This document shows positions 52,401 to 61,368 of a DNA stretch of 64,000 nt, piece after piece (positions within the stretch are counted from its first letter, which is position 1; every line of letters begins with the position of its first letter). Source of the stretch: Candidatus Zixiibacteriota bacterium (lineage in GTDB: Bacteria; Zixibacteria; MSB-5A5; GN15; JAAZOE01). Location of the stretch: contig JBDREQ010000001.1 of assembly GCA_043819555.1 (NCBI GenBank), positions 1-64,000 of the forward strand, written 5' to 3'. Made by a program: the position numbers and the translations under genes. The notes under the pieces were generated by a model. That model did not search any database and was not told the DNA's origin. It worked only from the letters and a program-made list of their open reading frames with translations.

Positions 52401-52784
52401 ATGCCAGCCCATCACTATGTTTTCCGGTCCCATTCGTTCGGAAGTTCTTGCTATGCCGGGATGAAAGGTCAGCTTGACAGGCAATCCGCCATCAAGAGAC
52501 ATGTAATAAACTGAAAAGTCACCATCATATTGCCCAGTAAAAGCGATTTTATCGCCATCAGGCGAAAACTTGGGAAATAGCTCCAATCCTTCGTCCGATG
52601 TCAGCCTCATCGCCAGGCCGCCATCCCGGGCAACCGAATAAATATCTCCGGCATAAACAAAGGCGATTTTGTCCTTACTTACGTCGGGAAAGCGCAATAG
52701 GCGGCCTTCATCCGCATTTGAATTTGCCCCCAGCATTGTCACAATCAATAGCCCCAGAAAAATTGCTACGCGTGACTTAAACAT
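49485..52784 (-). CDS. Tricorn-like S41 protease
   Basis: Signal peptide, LLRFPD, WKRYKGG, GEL..SHTY, IIDVR.NGGG, SCSDGD, GMRTWGGVVGI, ENEGV.PDIE. Confidence 0.95.
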   Translation of the reverse strand: MFKSRVAIFLGLLIVTMLGANSNADEGRLLRFPDVSKDKIAFVYAGDIYSVARDGGLAMRLTSDEGLELFPKFSPDGDKIAFTGQYDGDFSVYYMSLDGGLPVKLTFHPGIARTSERMGPENIVMGWHPDGQSILYRSRKAEPDVWQGRAYLVKTTGGLPKPLPMAWAGFTSFSPDAKKVAYCPKFRDFRTWKRYKGGMAQDVWIFDLESLEAQKITDWIGTDNMPMWYGDKIYYNSDRTGRLNLYCYDITTGETRTVTSFIDFDVRWPSLGSDAIAFENGGYIYLLELPAETIKKISIEMISDYNSIRPEFISVDNSINDFNISPDAKRAIFSARGDIFTVPAKEGNTRNLTNSSGAHDKEPIWSPDGKWIAYLSDETGEDELYLMSGDGKEKLRLTNYGHCFRYMGTWSPDSKMLTFEDKNNNLYYIDIDSKKIMLIDHDKNGIGGHNWSPDSRFIVYDKNLENNIRAIFVYAIDDGDSRQITPGYTEDYNPVFDPDGKYIYFLSQRSFNPLLGSYEFQYVNTAITNLYLILLHKDDKSPFLPESDEVSIAKNEDKDKDKKEDKKGQEEDNGKSDDDSPNIKIDFDGIYDRQIAFDLPAGNYMGLSAVSGAVFYVSNPLSGLQGNITDGERTLYKYAIDDRKNHNFAANIGGYVLDSKGKNMLLTRSGSYHIVSISGDKASFDDNQLNTSQMNMKLDRRAEYAQMFHEAWRRDRDFFYNENMHGVNWELMRERYGALVPFVAHRFDLTYLIGEMRGELCCSHTYTGGGDYYHPPSSRVALLGCDFEIDKKNERIKIVNILDGENWNGQLRSPLTETHVDINEGDYLLAIDGEEIWADTNPYKLTQNKANQKITLTVNDRPSLDDAREVVIEPLASESDLRYYNWVESNRAYVDSISDGKIGYIHLPDMGSYGLVRFNQMFYHQLRKEGLIIDVRWNGGGFVSQLVLDRLQERLSGVNTSRNGNPSPRPGTAVTAHMITLCNQFSCSDGDNFPYFFKFYKLGTVMGMRTWGGVVGISGSRSLSDGGYVFVPQFATYSIDSEWVMENEGVIPDIEIDNTPERLANGFDDQLSEAIKMLLKKIKDEPVVLPPHPGIPEKR

Positions 52785-52929
52785 TAGTTCCTCCTCAACC
52801 AGCAGTATGTTTTTGTACCAAATATTTTCGTGATGCTAACCATATAAACACAAAATATAAACTCCAATTTATATAAATGCCGCGGAGTTGGCAACCTGTG
52901 CAAATAAAATATATTTTAAAATTGATATA

Positions 52930-53133
52930 AATAAAAATGGCCGATGAAGAGAGCACGAACTCCATCGGCCGGAATCCCGTCATTAATACCATCCCTTGAG
53001 GGAAAGAAGAAACGACGAGAAATAATTTCTGATTAATTAAGTGAAACGCACTTGATTATCAAATTTCTGATATTTTATTGTGCCGTGCCCCGATAAAAAT
53101 CTCACTCAGCTTACAAGATCCCTTAGAACCAAC
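52930..53133 (-). ncRNA. Candidate orphan small RNA (~200 nt)
   Basis: Own promoter (TTGGCA-17-TATATT, 53168-53140) and own terminator (11-bp stem 52939-52970 plus U-rich tail); internal hairpin; no credible ORF. Confidence 0.4.
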
Positions 53134-53185
53134 AAATGCAATATAAGTTCTTATCCTATTTTTGCCAAATATATTTTTATTTTTT

Positions 53186-53223
53186 AATAAAAAAAGGGAT
53201 TCTGCCCTCCAGCCGAATCCCTT
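53186..53223 (-). terminator. Intrinsic terminator of the VWA gene
   Basis: AAGGGATTC...GAATCCCTT stem followed by a T run on the minus strand. Confidence 0.75.
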
Positions 53224-53231
53224 GCTTTGTT

Positions 53232-55202
53232 CTATTTTTCCGCCAGCTCATCTTCAAGCCTCTGAGCTGCCAAAATCATTTCTAAAAGCTCGTCAATTCC
53301 GGAAATTTCAGTATTCCTTTTTATCCTGCGAGCTATCCTGTAAACGTCTTCCAGCCGTGAGTCCTTGGCCCAGTATGACTTACGCAATATTTCAGCCAAC
53401 TCGGCTGAAACCGCCGCCAATTGAAATCCCGGAGATGATGATTCAAAATGTCTGCGGATCATTTCATGATTGAGCCGCTTGCTAAACTCGGTAACTTCAA
53501 AACTAATCGGATCTTTATATCTGATATAAACTTTACCGATCGGTTCATTGTTTTTATACTTTTGGAATTTAATCTCATAAAGAGCCGTTACGGTATGTCC
53601 GGCGCCGATCTCTCCGCCATCCTCTTTATTATCCCGGAATTTATTATCCGCAACATCTCGATTCTCATATCCCAACAATCGATAACTGCGAACAACATCA
53701 GGGTTAAAATCAACTTGAATCTTTACATCGCGAGCTATTACCTGCAGATTTCCGGTCAGGTTTTCGACAAATACTCGATGCGCCTCGTTGATATCATCGA
53801 CATAGGCGTAATGGCCATTGCCTTTATTACCCAGTTTCTCCATCAGGATATCGTTGTAATTACCCATCCCAAATCCAATTGCCGAAAGAGTAATTCCAAA
53901 ATCAGAATATTCTTTTATCTGCTTCAGGATTGCGTCCGGGCCACTCCGGCCTACATTGGCAACGCCGTCGCTGCACAGGATAACCCGGTTTATCTTACCT
54001 TTTTCAAAATTGCGCCGGGCCATTTGATAACCAAGAACAATACCTTCTTCGGCGTTCGTTGCCCCTTCTGACCTAAGGCTTCTGATTGTTTTATCGATTA
54101 CATGCCGTTGCCGGACAGAAATCGGCTGAAGTATTTCACGACCCTGGCTTCCATAGATGACAATTCCAACTTTATCATCAAAGCGCAATTCATCAAGGAG
54201 CATGAGAAGCGCTCTTTTGACCAGACCAAGGCGATTTTCGCGATTCATCGACCCCGATACATCAATGACAAAAACAAGATTGGCCGGTTTTCTCATTTCG
54301 TCCGGGATTTCCATTCCCTTGATTCCGATGCGGAGAAGCATGCAGTTTTGCCCGAATTCTGAGGGAGCCCCTTCGATATTGACGGCAAATGGTTTTTCAT
54401 AGGGAGCCGGATAACGATAATCAAAATGATTGATGAATTCCTCAACTCGAACTGCGTCAGCCGGGGGCAGCTCTCCTCGATTCAAATATGAACGAGCCAT
54501 GATAAACGAGGCATCATCGATATCGGTCGCGAACGTTGAAAGATGATCGTCTTCAGTATCGACAAATGGATTGACGCCATAGTTCTTGAAAAACATGGCA
54601 TCAAAAGGCTCATCATTGACAATCGAGGATCCGCCATGAGCGGGAGGGATTTGTACTTCCTGGCAATACCCCTGGCGCCCGCCATTGTATAGCACCTTAC
54701 TTCTTGAATCACTTTCGGTTTTTTTGTCTTTGCGAGAGACCTGAAAATCACCGGAGGGAATAGTGATGGACTTGAGTGCGTCGCCTGTCATTACTCGAAC
54801 CGTTCCCGTCTGATTAAAACCAATCCCTTTTTGTTTTTCCGTCACAGTTGTAACCTTACCAGTTTCCAGCACTCCGGGCGTCAATTTGATAATCTTCTCA
54901 GTAACCTGGCCGGCCATTACCTCGACTTCTGTCAATTCAGCGGTGGCGAAGCCGGTAGAAGAGATTATTAATGTGTAAGTACCCGGCGGAACCGAGATGA
55001 TAACAAAATTGCCATCCAAATCGGTTTTGGCTCCCATTGTCGTGCCTTTGATGAGAACCGAGACTCCGGGAATTGGATCACCGGTTGTGGCGTCGGTCAC
55101 GGTGCCTTTGATCTTGCCGGCGTCTCCGGCAACGGCGAAAAACACGGTTATGGTGAGGAGAAGGGTGAGGATCAGATGTGGTATGCATGATTTGATACGC
55201 AT
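53232..55202 (-). CDS. Secreted VWA-domain protein (YfbK/DUF3520 type) with N-terminal carboxypeptidase-regulatory-like Ig domain
   Basis: GKIKGTVTDA.TG.PIPGVSV...TDLDG.F; STF..D.D.ASF, VRVEEFIN.F.Y; MIDAS DVSGSM; SDG.ANVG; YRLLGYENR; GEIGAGH.VTALYEI. Confidence 0.9.
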   Translation of the reverse strand: MRIKSCIPHLILTLLLTITVFFAVAGDAGKIKGTVTDATTGDPIPGVSVLIKGTTMGAKTDLDGNFVIISVPPGTYTLIISSTGFATAELTEVEVMAGQVTEKIIKLTPGVLETGKVTTVTEKQKGIGFNQTGTVRVMTGDALKSITIPSGDFQVSRKDKKTESDSRSKVLYNGGRQGYCQEVQIPPAHGGSSIVNDEPFDAMFFKNYGVNPFVDTEDDHLSTFATDIDDASFIMARSYLNRGELPPADAVRVEEFINHFDYRYPAPYEKPFAVNIEGAPSEFGQNCMLLRIGIKGMEIPDEMRKPANLVFVIDVSGSMNRENRLGLVKRALLMLLDELRFDDKVGIVIYGSQGREILQPISVRQRHVIDKTIRSLRSEGATNAEEGIVLGYQMARRNFEKGKINRVILCSDGVANVGRSGPDAILKQIKEYSDFGITLSAIGFGMGNYNDILMEKLGNKGNGHYAYVDDINEAHRVFVENLTGNLQVIARDVKIQVDFNPDVVRSYRLLGYENRDVADNKFRDNKEDGGEIGAGHTVTALYEIKFQKYKNNEPIGKVYIRYKDPISFEVTEFSKRLNHEMIRRHFESSSPGFQLAAVSAELAEILRKSYWAKDSRLEDVYRIARRIKRNTEISGIDELLEMILAAQRLEDELAEK

Positions 55203-55396
55203 AATCCACCTCCATGAGCTTAAAGGTTATATCGATGTTCTGAGGGGATTACACTTATAAGACGCTTTTCTTCCCAAAAATGTGGAAAAAATATTCTAAT
55301 TTCCTCATTTCATGAATTTTCTAAGTATGTCCCGTGATCCCCCTCCCCTCCCCTTTTTGTTGACTTCAGTACTACAAGATTCTACTATATAAAACT

Positions 55397-56080
55397 ATGG
55401 ATTTGGCTCAGGTTAAGGATAATTTAAGGACTCTGGCCGTCGAACTCGGCGCGTCGGCATTTGGGGTTTGTGAGGTCGGAAATTTAATCAAGAAATTTCA
55501 TCCTGAAATCAGAGATAAAGCCAAAAAACTGCCCTATGCAATCTCTATCGGAGTTTCATTGCGCAAGACCGTTATGGATACTCTTGTTGATCGACCCAAT
55601 GATATTTACAAATCGCATTATCGCACGGCCAATGCGACTATGGATAATATCACCTTTCAATTGGCCAAACGAATTGGTGAATTGGGGAAAAGAGCTATTC
55701 CTATTCCGGCTTCGATGATCGTCACCCGATACCCTCTTCTGGCCCATGTTAATCACCGGGAAATCGCCGGGAAAGCTGGACTCGGCTGGCGAGGAAAAAA
55801 TAACCTTTTGATAAATCCCAAATATGGCGGACGAATTCGGCTGACGACAATTCTGGCCAATCTCAAACTTGAGCCGGATGAAATTATCGCCAATGACTGC
55901 GGCGAATGCAAAGCTTGCATAAAGAAATGTCCGGCCGGTGCGATCGGCGCGTCGATTGATGATTTTTCATTGGAAAAGTGTAATGACCAGGTAATATATT
56001 TCTCAAAACAAAATAATTTTGGACAGCTAATCTGCGGCTTGTGCCTCAACTGTTGCCCTCACGCCCAGAAGAATGAATAA
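55397..56080 (+). CDS. Epoxyqueuosine-reductase-like 4Fe-4S protein
   Basis: H...A..AGLGW.GKN.L...P.YG.R.RL; CGECKACIKKCP; CGLCLNCCP. Confidence 0.8.
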   Translation: MDLAQVKDNLRTLAVELGASAFGVCEVGNLIKKFHPEIRDKAKKLPYAISIGVSLRKTVMDTLVDRPNDIYKSHYRTANATMDNITFQLAKRIGELGKRAIPIPASMIVTRYPLLAHVNHREIAGKAGLGWRGKNNLLINPKYGGRIRLTTILANLKLEPDEIIANDCGECKACIKKCPAGAIGASIDDFSLEKCNDQVIYFSKQNNFGQLICGLCLNCCPHAQKNE

Positions 56081-56616
56081 TGGCAAAAAAAACAAACATT
56101 GAACCGGTAAAACTGTTCTCAGGATTCATTTACAGCGATATCCAAACCATGAGTCAGGTTTTGGAAATACTCGAAAATAAATTCGGGCCGGTGGAGTGTG
56201 AATCCGAGCATTTCGATTTTGCTCATACGATGTATTACAAGAAAGAAATGGGACCTAACCTAAAGCGATTGTTTATTTCATTTGAAAAACCAATCATGCC
56301 CGACACTCTCAAGGACATTAAAACCGAGACTAATTCCATAGAACGCAGATTTGTCAATGCCGATGGCGGGCGTCTGGTAAATATTGATCCCGGCTTGATA
56401 AGCCTGGCCAATGTAATCCTGGCTTCCACAAAAGAATATTCACACCGGATATATTTGGGCAATGGAATTTTCGGCGAAATAACGCTTCTCTATGAAGACA
56501 AATCATATCGCCCGCTAAAATGGACTTACCCGGATTACCGCACCACCCATGCTATTGATTTTCTGCTGCGCGTTCGGGAGTCATTGAAGGACTATATAAT
56601 TGAACTCAGACAATAA
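56080..56616 (+). CDS. DUF4416 family protein
   Basis: T.YY.KEMG..L.R, R.VNIDPG, LASTK.YSHRIYL..GI, WTYPDY. Confidence 0.85.
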   Translation: MAKKTNIEPVKLFSGFIYSDIQTMSQVLEILENKFGPVECESEHFDFAHTMYYKKEMGPNLKRLFISFEKPIMPDTLKDIKTETNSIERRFVNADGGRLVNIDPGLISLANVILASTKEYSHRIYLGNGIFGEITLLYEDKSYRPLKWTYPDYRTTHAIDFLLRVRESLKDYIIELRQ

Positions 56617-56678
56617 GGAATTAGTATACATCTTTTTGATATTAACATTGTATAACCTGTATGGGGTAGAGAATAATT

Positions 56679-57947
56679 ATGGATAAATTTGTAATTCGCG
56701 GTAACAAACCTCTTTCGGGAAAGATGAAAGTACAGGGCGCGAAAAACGCGGCCCTGCCGATAATAGCCGGATCACTTCTTATCAGCAGTGGCGAAACGGT
56801 ATTAGAAAACATTCCCCCTCTCAGAGATATCGATACGCTGATCGCCATGTTGACTCATCTGGGAGCAAAAGTGAGCCATGACCGCAGTGAAGGGGTCATG
56901 ACCATTGACGCTTCAAATCTAACCAGCAATAAGGCGCCATACGAACTCATGCGCAAAATGCGGGCGTCTTTTTTGGTATTGGGACCGATCCTTCAGAGAA
57001 TGGGCGAAGCGCAAGTATCTCTCCCCGGCGGATGCGCTTTGGGCCCGAGGCCGGTTGATTATCATATCAAAGGATTTGCCGGACTGGGCGCCGAAATTTC
57101 GGAACAAAAAGGATATGTTATCGCGCGGGCAAAGCAATTGAAAGGAAATACCATTTATTTTGATCGGCCCAGCCACACCGGCACCGAAAATATAATGTTC
57201 GGAGCGGTCATGGCCAAAGGTACGACCCATATCATAAACGCCGCGTGCGACCCTGAAGTAGTCGACTTATCAAAATTCCTTTCCAGCGCCGGGGCAAAAA
57301 TAAAAGGCGCCGGTACCCCAAGTATGACTATTGAAGGCGTCGCAAAGTTAAAGCCCATTAAACATACCGTCATGGGCGACCGTCTTGAAGCTGGAACCTT
57401 GTTGATGGCCGCTATGGCCACCGAAGGAAATATCTTAATATCCGGGGCGGAAACTTCTCACCTCGAAATTGTGTTAAGGAAATTAGCGGAAGCCGGCGCT
57501 GATATTAAAACGACAAAAGAAGGTATAAAGCTCACCGCTCCGAAGAAAATAAAATCTGTTGACGTGGTTACTTTCCCGTTTCCCGGATTTCCGACTGACC
57601 TGCAAGCTTGCATGACCGCGCTATTAACAAAGGGGGATGGACTCAGCCGCGTCCGTGAAACGGTTTTTCAGGATGCCTTTACATACGTAATGGAATTAAA
57701 CCGTTTGGGAGCGGATATCAGCGTCACCGCGAATGAAGCCGCCATAACGGGAGTAAAAAAACTGACCGGAGCTTCGGTTATGGCTCCTCATATACGTGCC
57801 GGAGCCGGCCTGGTTATCGCCGGACTGGCCGCATTAGGACAAACTGAGGTATTGAGAGTATACCATATTGATCGGGGTTACTATCGACTGGAAGAAAAGT
57901 TGCGGGCGCTGGGCGGCGATATAAAAAGAGTCAGCAATGGATCCTGA
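56679..57947 (+). CDS. murA: UDP-N-acetylglucosamine 1-carboxyvinyltransferase (with atypical residues)
   Basis: GAKNAALP, MRAS, LPGGC.LG.RP (Cys115 equivalent), PGFPTDLQ, HIDRGY. Confidence 0.93.
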   Translation: MDKFVIRGNKPLSGKMKVQGAKNAALPIIAGSLLISSGETVLENIPPLRDIDTLIAMLTHLGAKVSHDRSEGVMTIDASNLTSNKAPYELMRKMRASFLVLGPILQRMGEAQVSLPGGCALGPRPVDYHIKGFAGLGAEISEQKGYVIARAKQLKGNTIYFDRPSHTGTENIMFGAVMAKGTTHIINAACDPEVVDLSKFLSSAGAKIKGAGTPSMTIEGVAKLKPIKHTVMGDRLEAGTLLMAAMATEGNILISGAETSHLEIVLRKLAEAGADIKTTKEGIKLTAPKKIKSVDVVTFPFPGFPTDLQACMTALLTKGDGLSRVRETVFQDAFTYVMELNRLGADISVTANEAAITGVKKLTGASVMAPHIRAGAGLVIAGLAALGQTEVLRVYHIDRGYYRLEEKLRALGGDIKRVSNGS

Positions 57948-57960
57948 AAGGATGATAATC

Positions 57961-60900
57961 ATGAGATATATTGCGGTAATCACTGCAGCGCTGCTAATTT
58001 GCGGCTTTTCTATTGCAGGGGCGCAGGAAACATATTTTGGCAAAAATAAAGTCCAATACAGAAACTTTGATTGGAATTATATTCAAACCGATCATTTCGA
58101 TATATATTTTTATGACGGTGAATATGACCTCGCCAAATTTGCCGCCGAAGAATTGGAAAAATCGTACGGAATAATAACAGAACAGCTCAAGTACTTCGTC
58201 GCCCGCCGGATACCTGTATTTATTTACAGCTCGCATAATGATTTTCAACAGACGAATATAATTGGTGAGGATATCTCCGAGGGACTTCAAGGCTTCACTG
58301 AAGTTTTCAAAAATCGCATGGTCGTACATTTCATGGGTTCTTATGCCGAATTCAGACACCTGCTACATCATGAATTATCGCATGCGGTTGCGTACGATTT
58401 AGTATATGGTCAGTTTTTTAAATCCCTGATTAGCTCCTCCCGCCTATTTGTTATCCCCTTGTGGCTCGCTGAAGGATATGCCGAATATACTTCTAACGGA
58501 GGCTGGACGGCTGAGGCGGACATGATCGTCCGCGATGCCACTGTTCACGGATATTTGCGTCCGCCGGGATATATGGGAGGGCTCGCCTATACCGAAGGAT
58601 TTGCCTTTGTCAAGTATATCGTGGACACTTACGGGATTGAAAAAACCGGCGAAATATTCAAAAAGGGAAAAGCACTTATCTCAATTGATAAAGCCCTGAA
58701 ATCATCATTGGGATTAGATTCCAAAGAGTTATTTGAAAAATTCAATAAGGAAATGAAAAAAAGATACTGGCCCGATATCGCGGCACGTGAGGAGCCGATA
58801 GATTTTGCCAAACAACTGACCCATCAGGGAGAAGACGGTTCATTCTATAATGAAAAACCGGTGTTTTCGCCGGACGGTCGTCTGTTGGCTATATTTACCA
58901 ACCGTAATGGATATTCAGAGATTTATCTGATCTCACCCATTGATGGAAAAGAAATCTCTCGGCTGGTGAAGGGAGAGCGTAATTCCGCCCTCGAATCGTT
59001 GCGGTGGTACACATCAGGTATGTCATTTTCGCCCAATAGCGAAAACTTAGTCTTCGTCGCCAAGTCCAAAGGCGAAGACGCCTTAAACTTTTTGAAAATT
59101 CGGGGCAAAGACATATTTCTATCCAAGAAATTCGGACTAAAATCAATAATCTCCCCCGCCTGGTCACCCGATGGAAAAATGGTCGCGTTTACGGCCCTCG
59201 ATAAAGCGAGTCGTAACATCTATTTGTACCATCTCGAGCAGGATCGTTTACTGCAGTTAACGAATGAACTTTACGATGATATCGATGTCGCTTGGTACCC
59301 CGACAGCAAACGAATAATATTCAGCTCGGACAGGCCTCATCCAGAAAACGGCTTGGACATAACCGAGGATGAAATGGTTTATGGTTATTATAACCTCCAT
59401 TCCTTTAACCTGGATAACGGCAGTATTACTGCGATAAATGTCGGTCCCGGAAATAACCGCGAACCGGTTATATCGCCTGACGGAAAAAAGATCGCATTTG
59501 TTTCCGGACGCAACGGCATTGAGAATTTATATATATACTATGTCGATTCCGCACGAACACAGGCGGTAACCGACGCCATTACCGAGATTTCGTCACCGAC
59601 GTGGAATGATAAAGGAGATAAGCTGGCGTTTTCGACTTTCTATAAAGGCGGTTTTGACGTCTATGTGATGTCAAGAATAGAACCTAAGGGAGAAAACGGC
59701 GTGCTGACTTTGACGGATTTTGCCAATGGCAAGTTTGATAATCCCATTGAATGGGCGCGCAAAAAACCAGAAAATGAGCATGTTGAATTAAACCATATCG
59801 GATTGGCGGTAACTGATAATTCCCCGATTGATCCGGATTATCCAATAAAACCAGCCGGAGAACCGTCAGAGTTTGCGCAGGTTATTCAAGATGATGGGAA
59901 CAAATCAAAAATCGGCGGCATTGATGACGAAAATCCGAATAACGCGGAGGAAGTAACTGATAGTACTCAGACAATGACTCCGCCGGAGGAAGAATCCTCA
60001 ACCGATTCGACATATGTCCGCGATAAAACCGAAGAGACCGGGGAAGAAGATATATATGTTTTTCATGCGCCTCCGTCGGAAGAATCCGTCTTTTCACCCT
60101 CCGGAAAAATAATGACTGAGGACGGACAGGAACTGTTTGATGAGGAACCAGTCGATAGCCTTCTGGAAGTGGAACTAAACAATAGACTGAAGGATGGAGA
60201 ATATAAAATTCGACCGTATAAAACCAAATTTACTCCGGATATAATTTCGGGCGGGCTGCAATATGATACCTTTTTTGGCTTCCGCGGCCAAACAGTATTC
60301 CTGTTTTCCGATTATCTCGGCGATCATGAGATTATTATCGCGACGGATCTGGTAAATACCATCGATCAATCAAACATCCAGGCCTTCTACAATTATAAAC
60401 GCCATCGGATAAATATCGGAGGCGGATTATTTCATACCAAAAACTTCTATATTAATGGCCGCAACGAATTATTCTCCGATAGATTCTACGGTTTTTTAGG
60501 GATAATTTCATGGCCCCAGTCGCGTTATACACGTATCGATATGAACCTGGCGACATTCTTCATCGATCGTCGTAATTATGATAATCCGCTTGATGAAAAA
60601 CGTAATGTCCGCCTGTCCACGGCGACATTAAGCTGGACTCAGGATAATGTTCTTTGGGGTATCACCGGACCGGTTAAAGGCAGAAGATTCAAACTCGGCG
60701 TCGAAGGAGCTACTCCCGTATTTGGCGCCGAATCTTTAGAATACTACTCGGGGGAAATTGATTATCGTCAGTATTTCCCGCTCAGCCGTTCGTTTACGTT
60801 CGCGTTCCGGTATTCGGGAGGCCTGTCAAATGGCGCCTTCCCCAAGAATTATTATTTGGGCGGAAACGTTAACAATATCGGGTCCATATCGGTTGACAAT

Positions 60901-61299
60901 AGCGTTTATGATGTCGAGAATCTTTATTTCTCCAGCCTTATTACACCGCTGCGAGGTTATGATTATTACGATCTTGTGGGTGACCGGTATAGCGTCGTGA
61001 ATATGGAATTACGCTTCCCGTTTATTGACTATTTCGTCATGCGCTACCCGTTGAGCCTTGGAATTGCCCGCATCCAAGGGGCGTTATTTCTGGATATAGG
61101 CGCCGCCTGGAATAAAGGCGATGACACTTTCAAGGCCGCCAACGGCACCATGTTGATCGGCATAAAAAGCGGATTTGGATTTGGAGCTCGCGCCAATCTT
61201 GGATTTATTTTGCTGCGTTACGACCTTGCCTGGCGCACCGATTTTGATTCCGTCGAACCCCACACCAAACATTATTTCTCGCTGGGAGCCGATTTTTAA
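57961..61299 (+). CDS. Outer-membrane protein: zincin-like N-domain + PD40/TolB-like propeller + Omp85 beta-barrel
   Basis: Signal peptide; FGKNKVQY; HELSH and WLAEGYAEY; WSPDG repeats; LRGY motif; C-terminal FSLGADF. Start could be 57937. Confidence 0.85.
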   Translation: MRYIAVITAALLICGFSIAGAQETYFGKNKVQYRNFDWNYIQTDHFDIYFYDGEYDLAKFAAEELEKSYGIITEQLKYFVARRIPVFIYSSHNDFQQTNIIGEDISEGLQGFTEVFKNRMVVHFMGSYAEFRHLLHHELSHAVAYDLVYGQFFKSLISSSRLFVIPLWLAEGYAEYTSNGGWTAEADMIVRDATVHGYLRPPGYMGGLAYTEGFAFVKYIVDTYGIEKTGEIFKKGKALISIDKALKSSLGLDSKELFEKFNKEMKKRYWPDIAAREEPIDFAKQLTHQGEDGSFYNEKPVFSPDGRLLAIFTNRNGYSEIYLISPIDGKEISRLVKGERNSALESLRWYTSGMSFSPNSENLVFVAKSKGEDALNFLKIRGKDIFLSKKFGLKSIISPAWSPDGKMVAFTALDKASRNIYLYHLEQDRLLQLTNELYDDIDVAWYPDSKRIIFSSDRPHPENGLDITEDEMVYGYYNLHSFNLDNGSITAINVGPGNNREPVISPDGKKIAFVSGRNGIENLYIYYVDSARTQAVTDAITEISSPTWNDKGDKLAFSTFYKGGFDVYVMSRIEPKGENGVLTLTDFANGKFDNPIEWARKKPENEHVELNHIGLAVTDNSPIDPDYPIKPAGEPSEFAQVIQDDGNKSKIGGIDDENPNNAEEVTDSTQTMTPPEEESSTDSTYVRDKTEETGEEDIYVFHAPPSEESVFSPSGKIMTEDGQELFDEEPVDSLLEVELNNRLKDGEYKIRPYKTKFTPDIISGGLQYDTFFGFRGQTVFLFSDYLGDHEIIIATDLVNTIDQSNIQAFYNYKRHRINIGGGLFHTKNFYINGRNELFSDRFYGFLGIISWPQSRYTRIDMNLATFFIDRRNYDNPLDEKRNVRLSTATLSWTQDNVLWGITGPVKGRRFKLGVEGATPVFGAESLEYYSGEIDYRQYFPLSRSFTFAFRYSGGLSNGAFPKNYYLGGNVNNIGSISVDNSVYDVENLYFSSLITPLRGYDYYDLVGDRYSVVNMELRFPFIDYFVMRYPLSLGIARIQGALFLDIGAAWNKGDDTFKAANGTMLIGIKSGFGFGARANLGFILLRYDLAWRTDFDSVEPHTKHYFSLGADF

Positions 61300-61317
61300 T
61301 TACAAAATTAAAGCAAT

Positions 61318-61348
61318 AAAAAAAGCCCCGACCGTATCGGGGCTTTTT
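61318..61348. terminator. Bidirectional intrinsic terminator
   Basis: AAAAAAAGCCCCGA-CCGTA-TCGGGGCTTTTT between convergent genes. Confidence 0.85.
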
Positions 61349-61368
61349 CATTTCATCCAATTGGAATC

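Noticed and set aside
52795..52992. 65-aa ORF as a leader peptide of the tricorn gene
   Set aside because: It runs through a terminator and a downstream promoter and has low-complexity AT-driven composition.
52930..53133. 6S RNA or riboswitch identity for the sRNA candidate
   Set aside because: I could not find long 5'/3' pairing with a central bubble or any known aptamer consensus by eye.
53448..54071. 207-aa plus-strand ORF inside the VWA gene
   Set aside because: Antisense shadow with no recognisable features.
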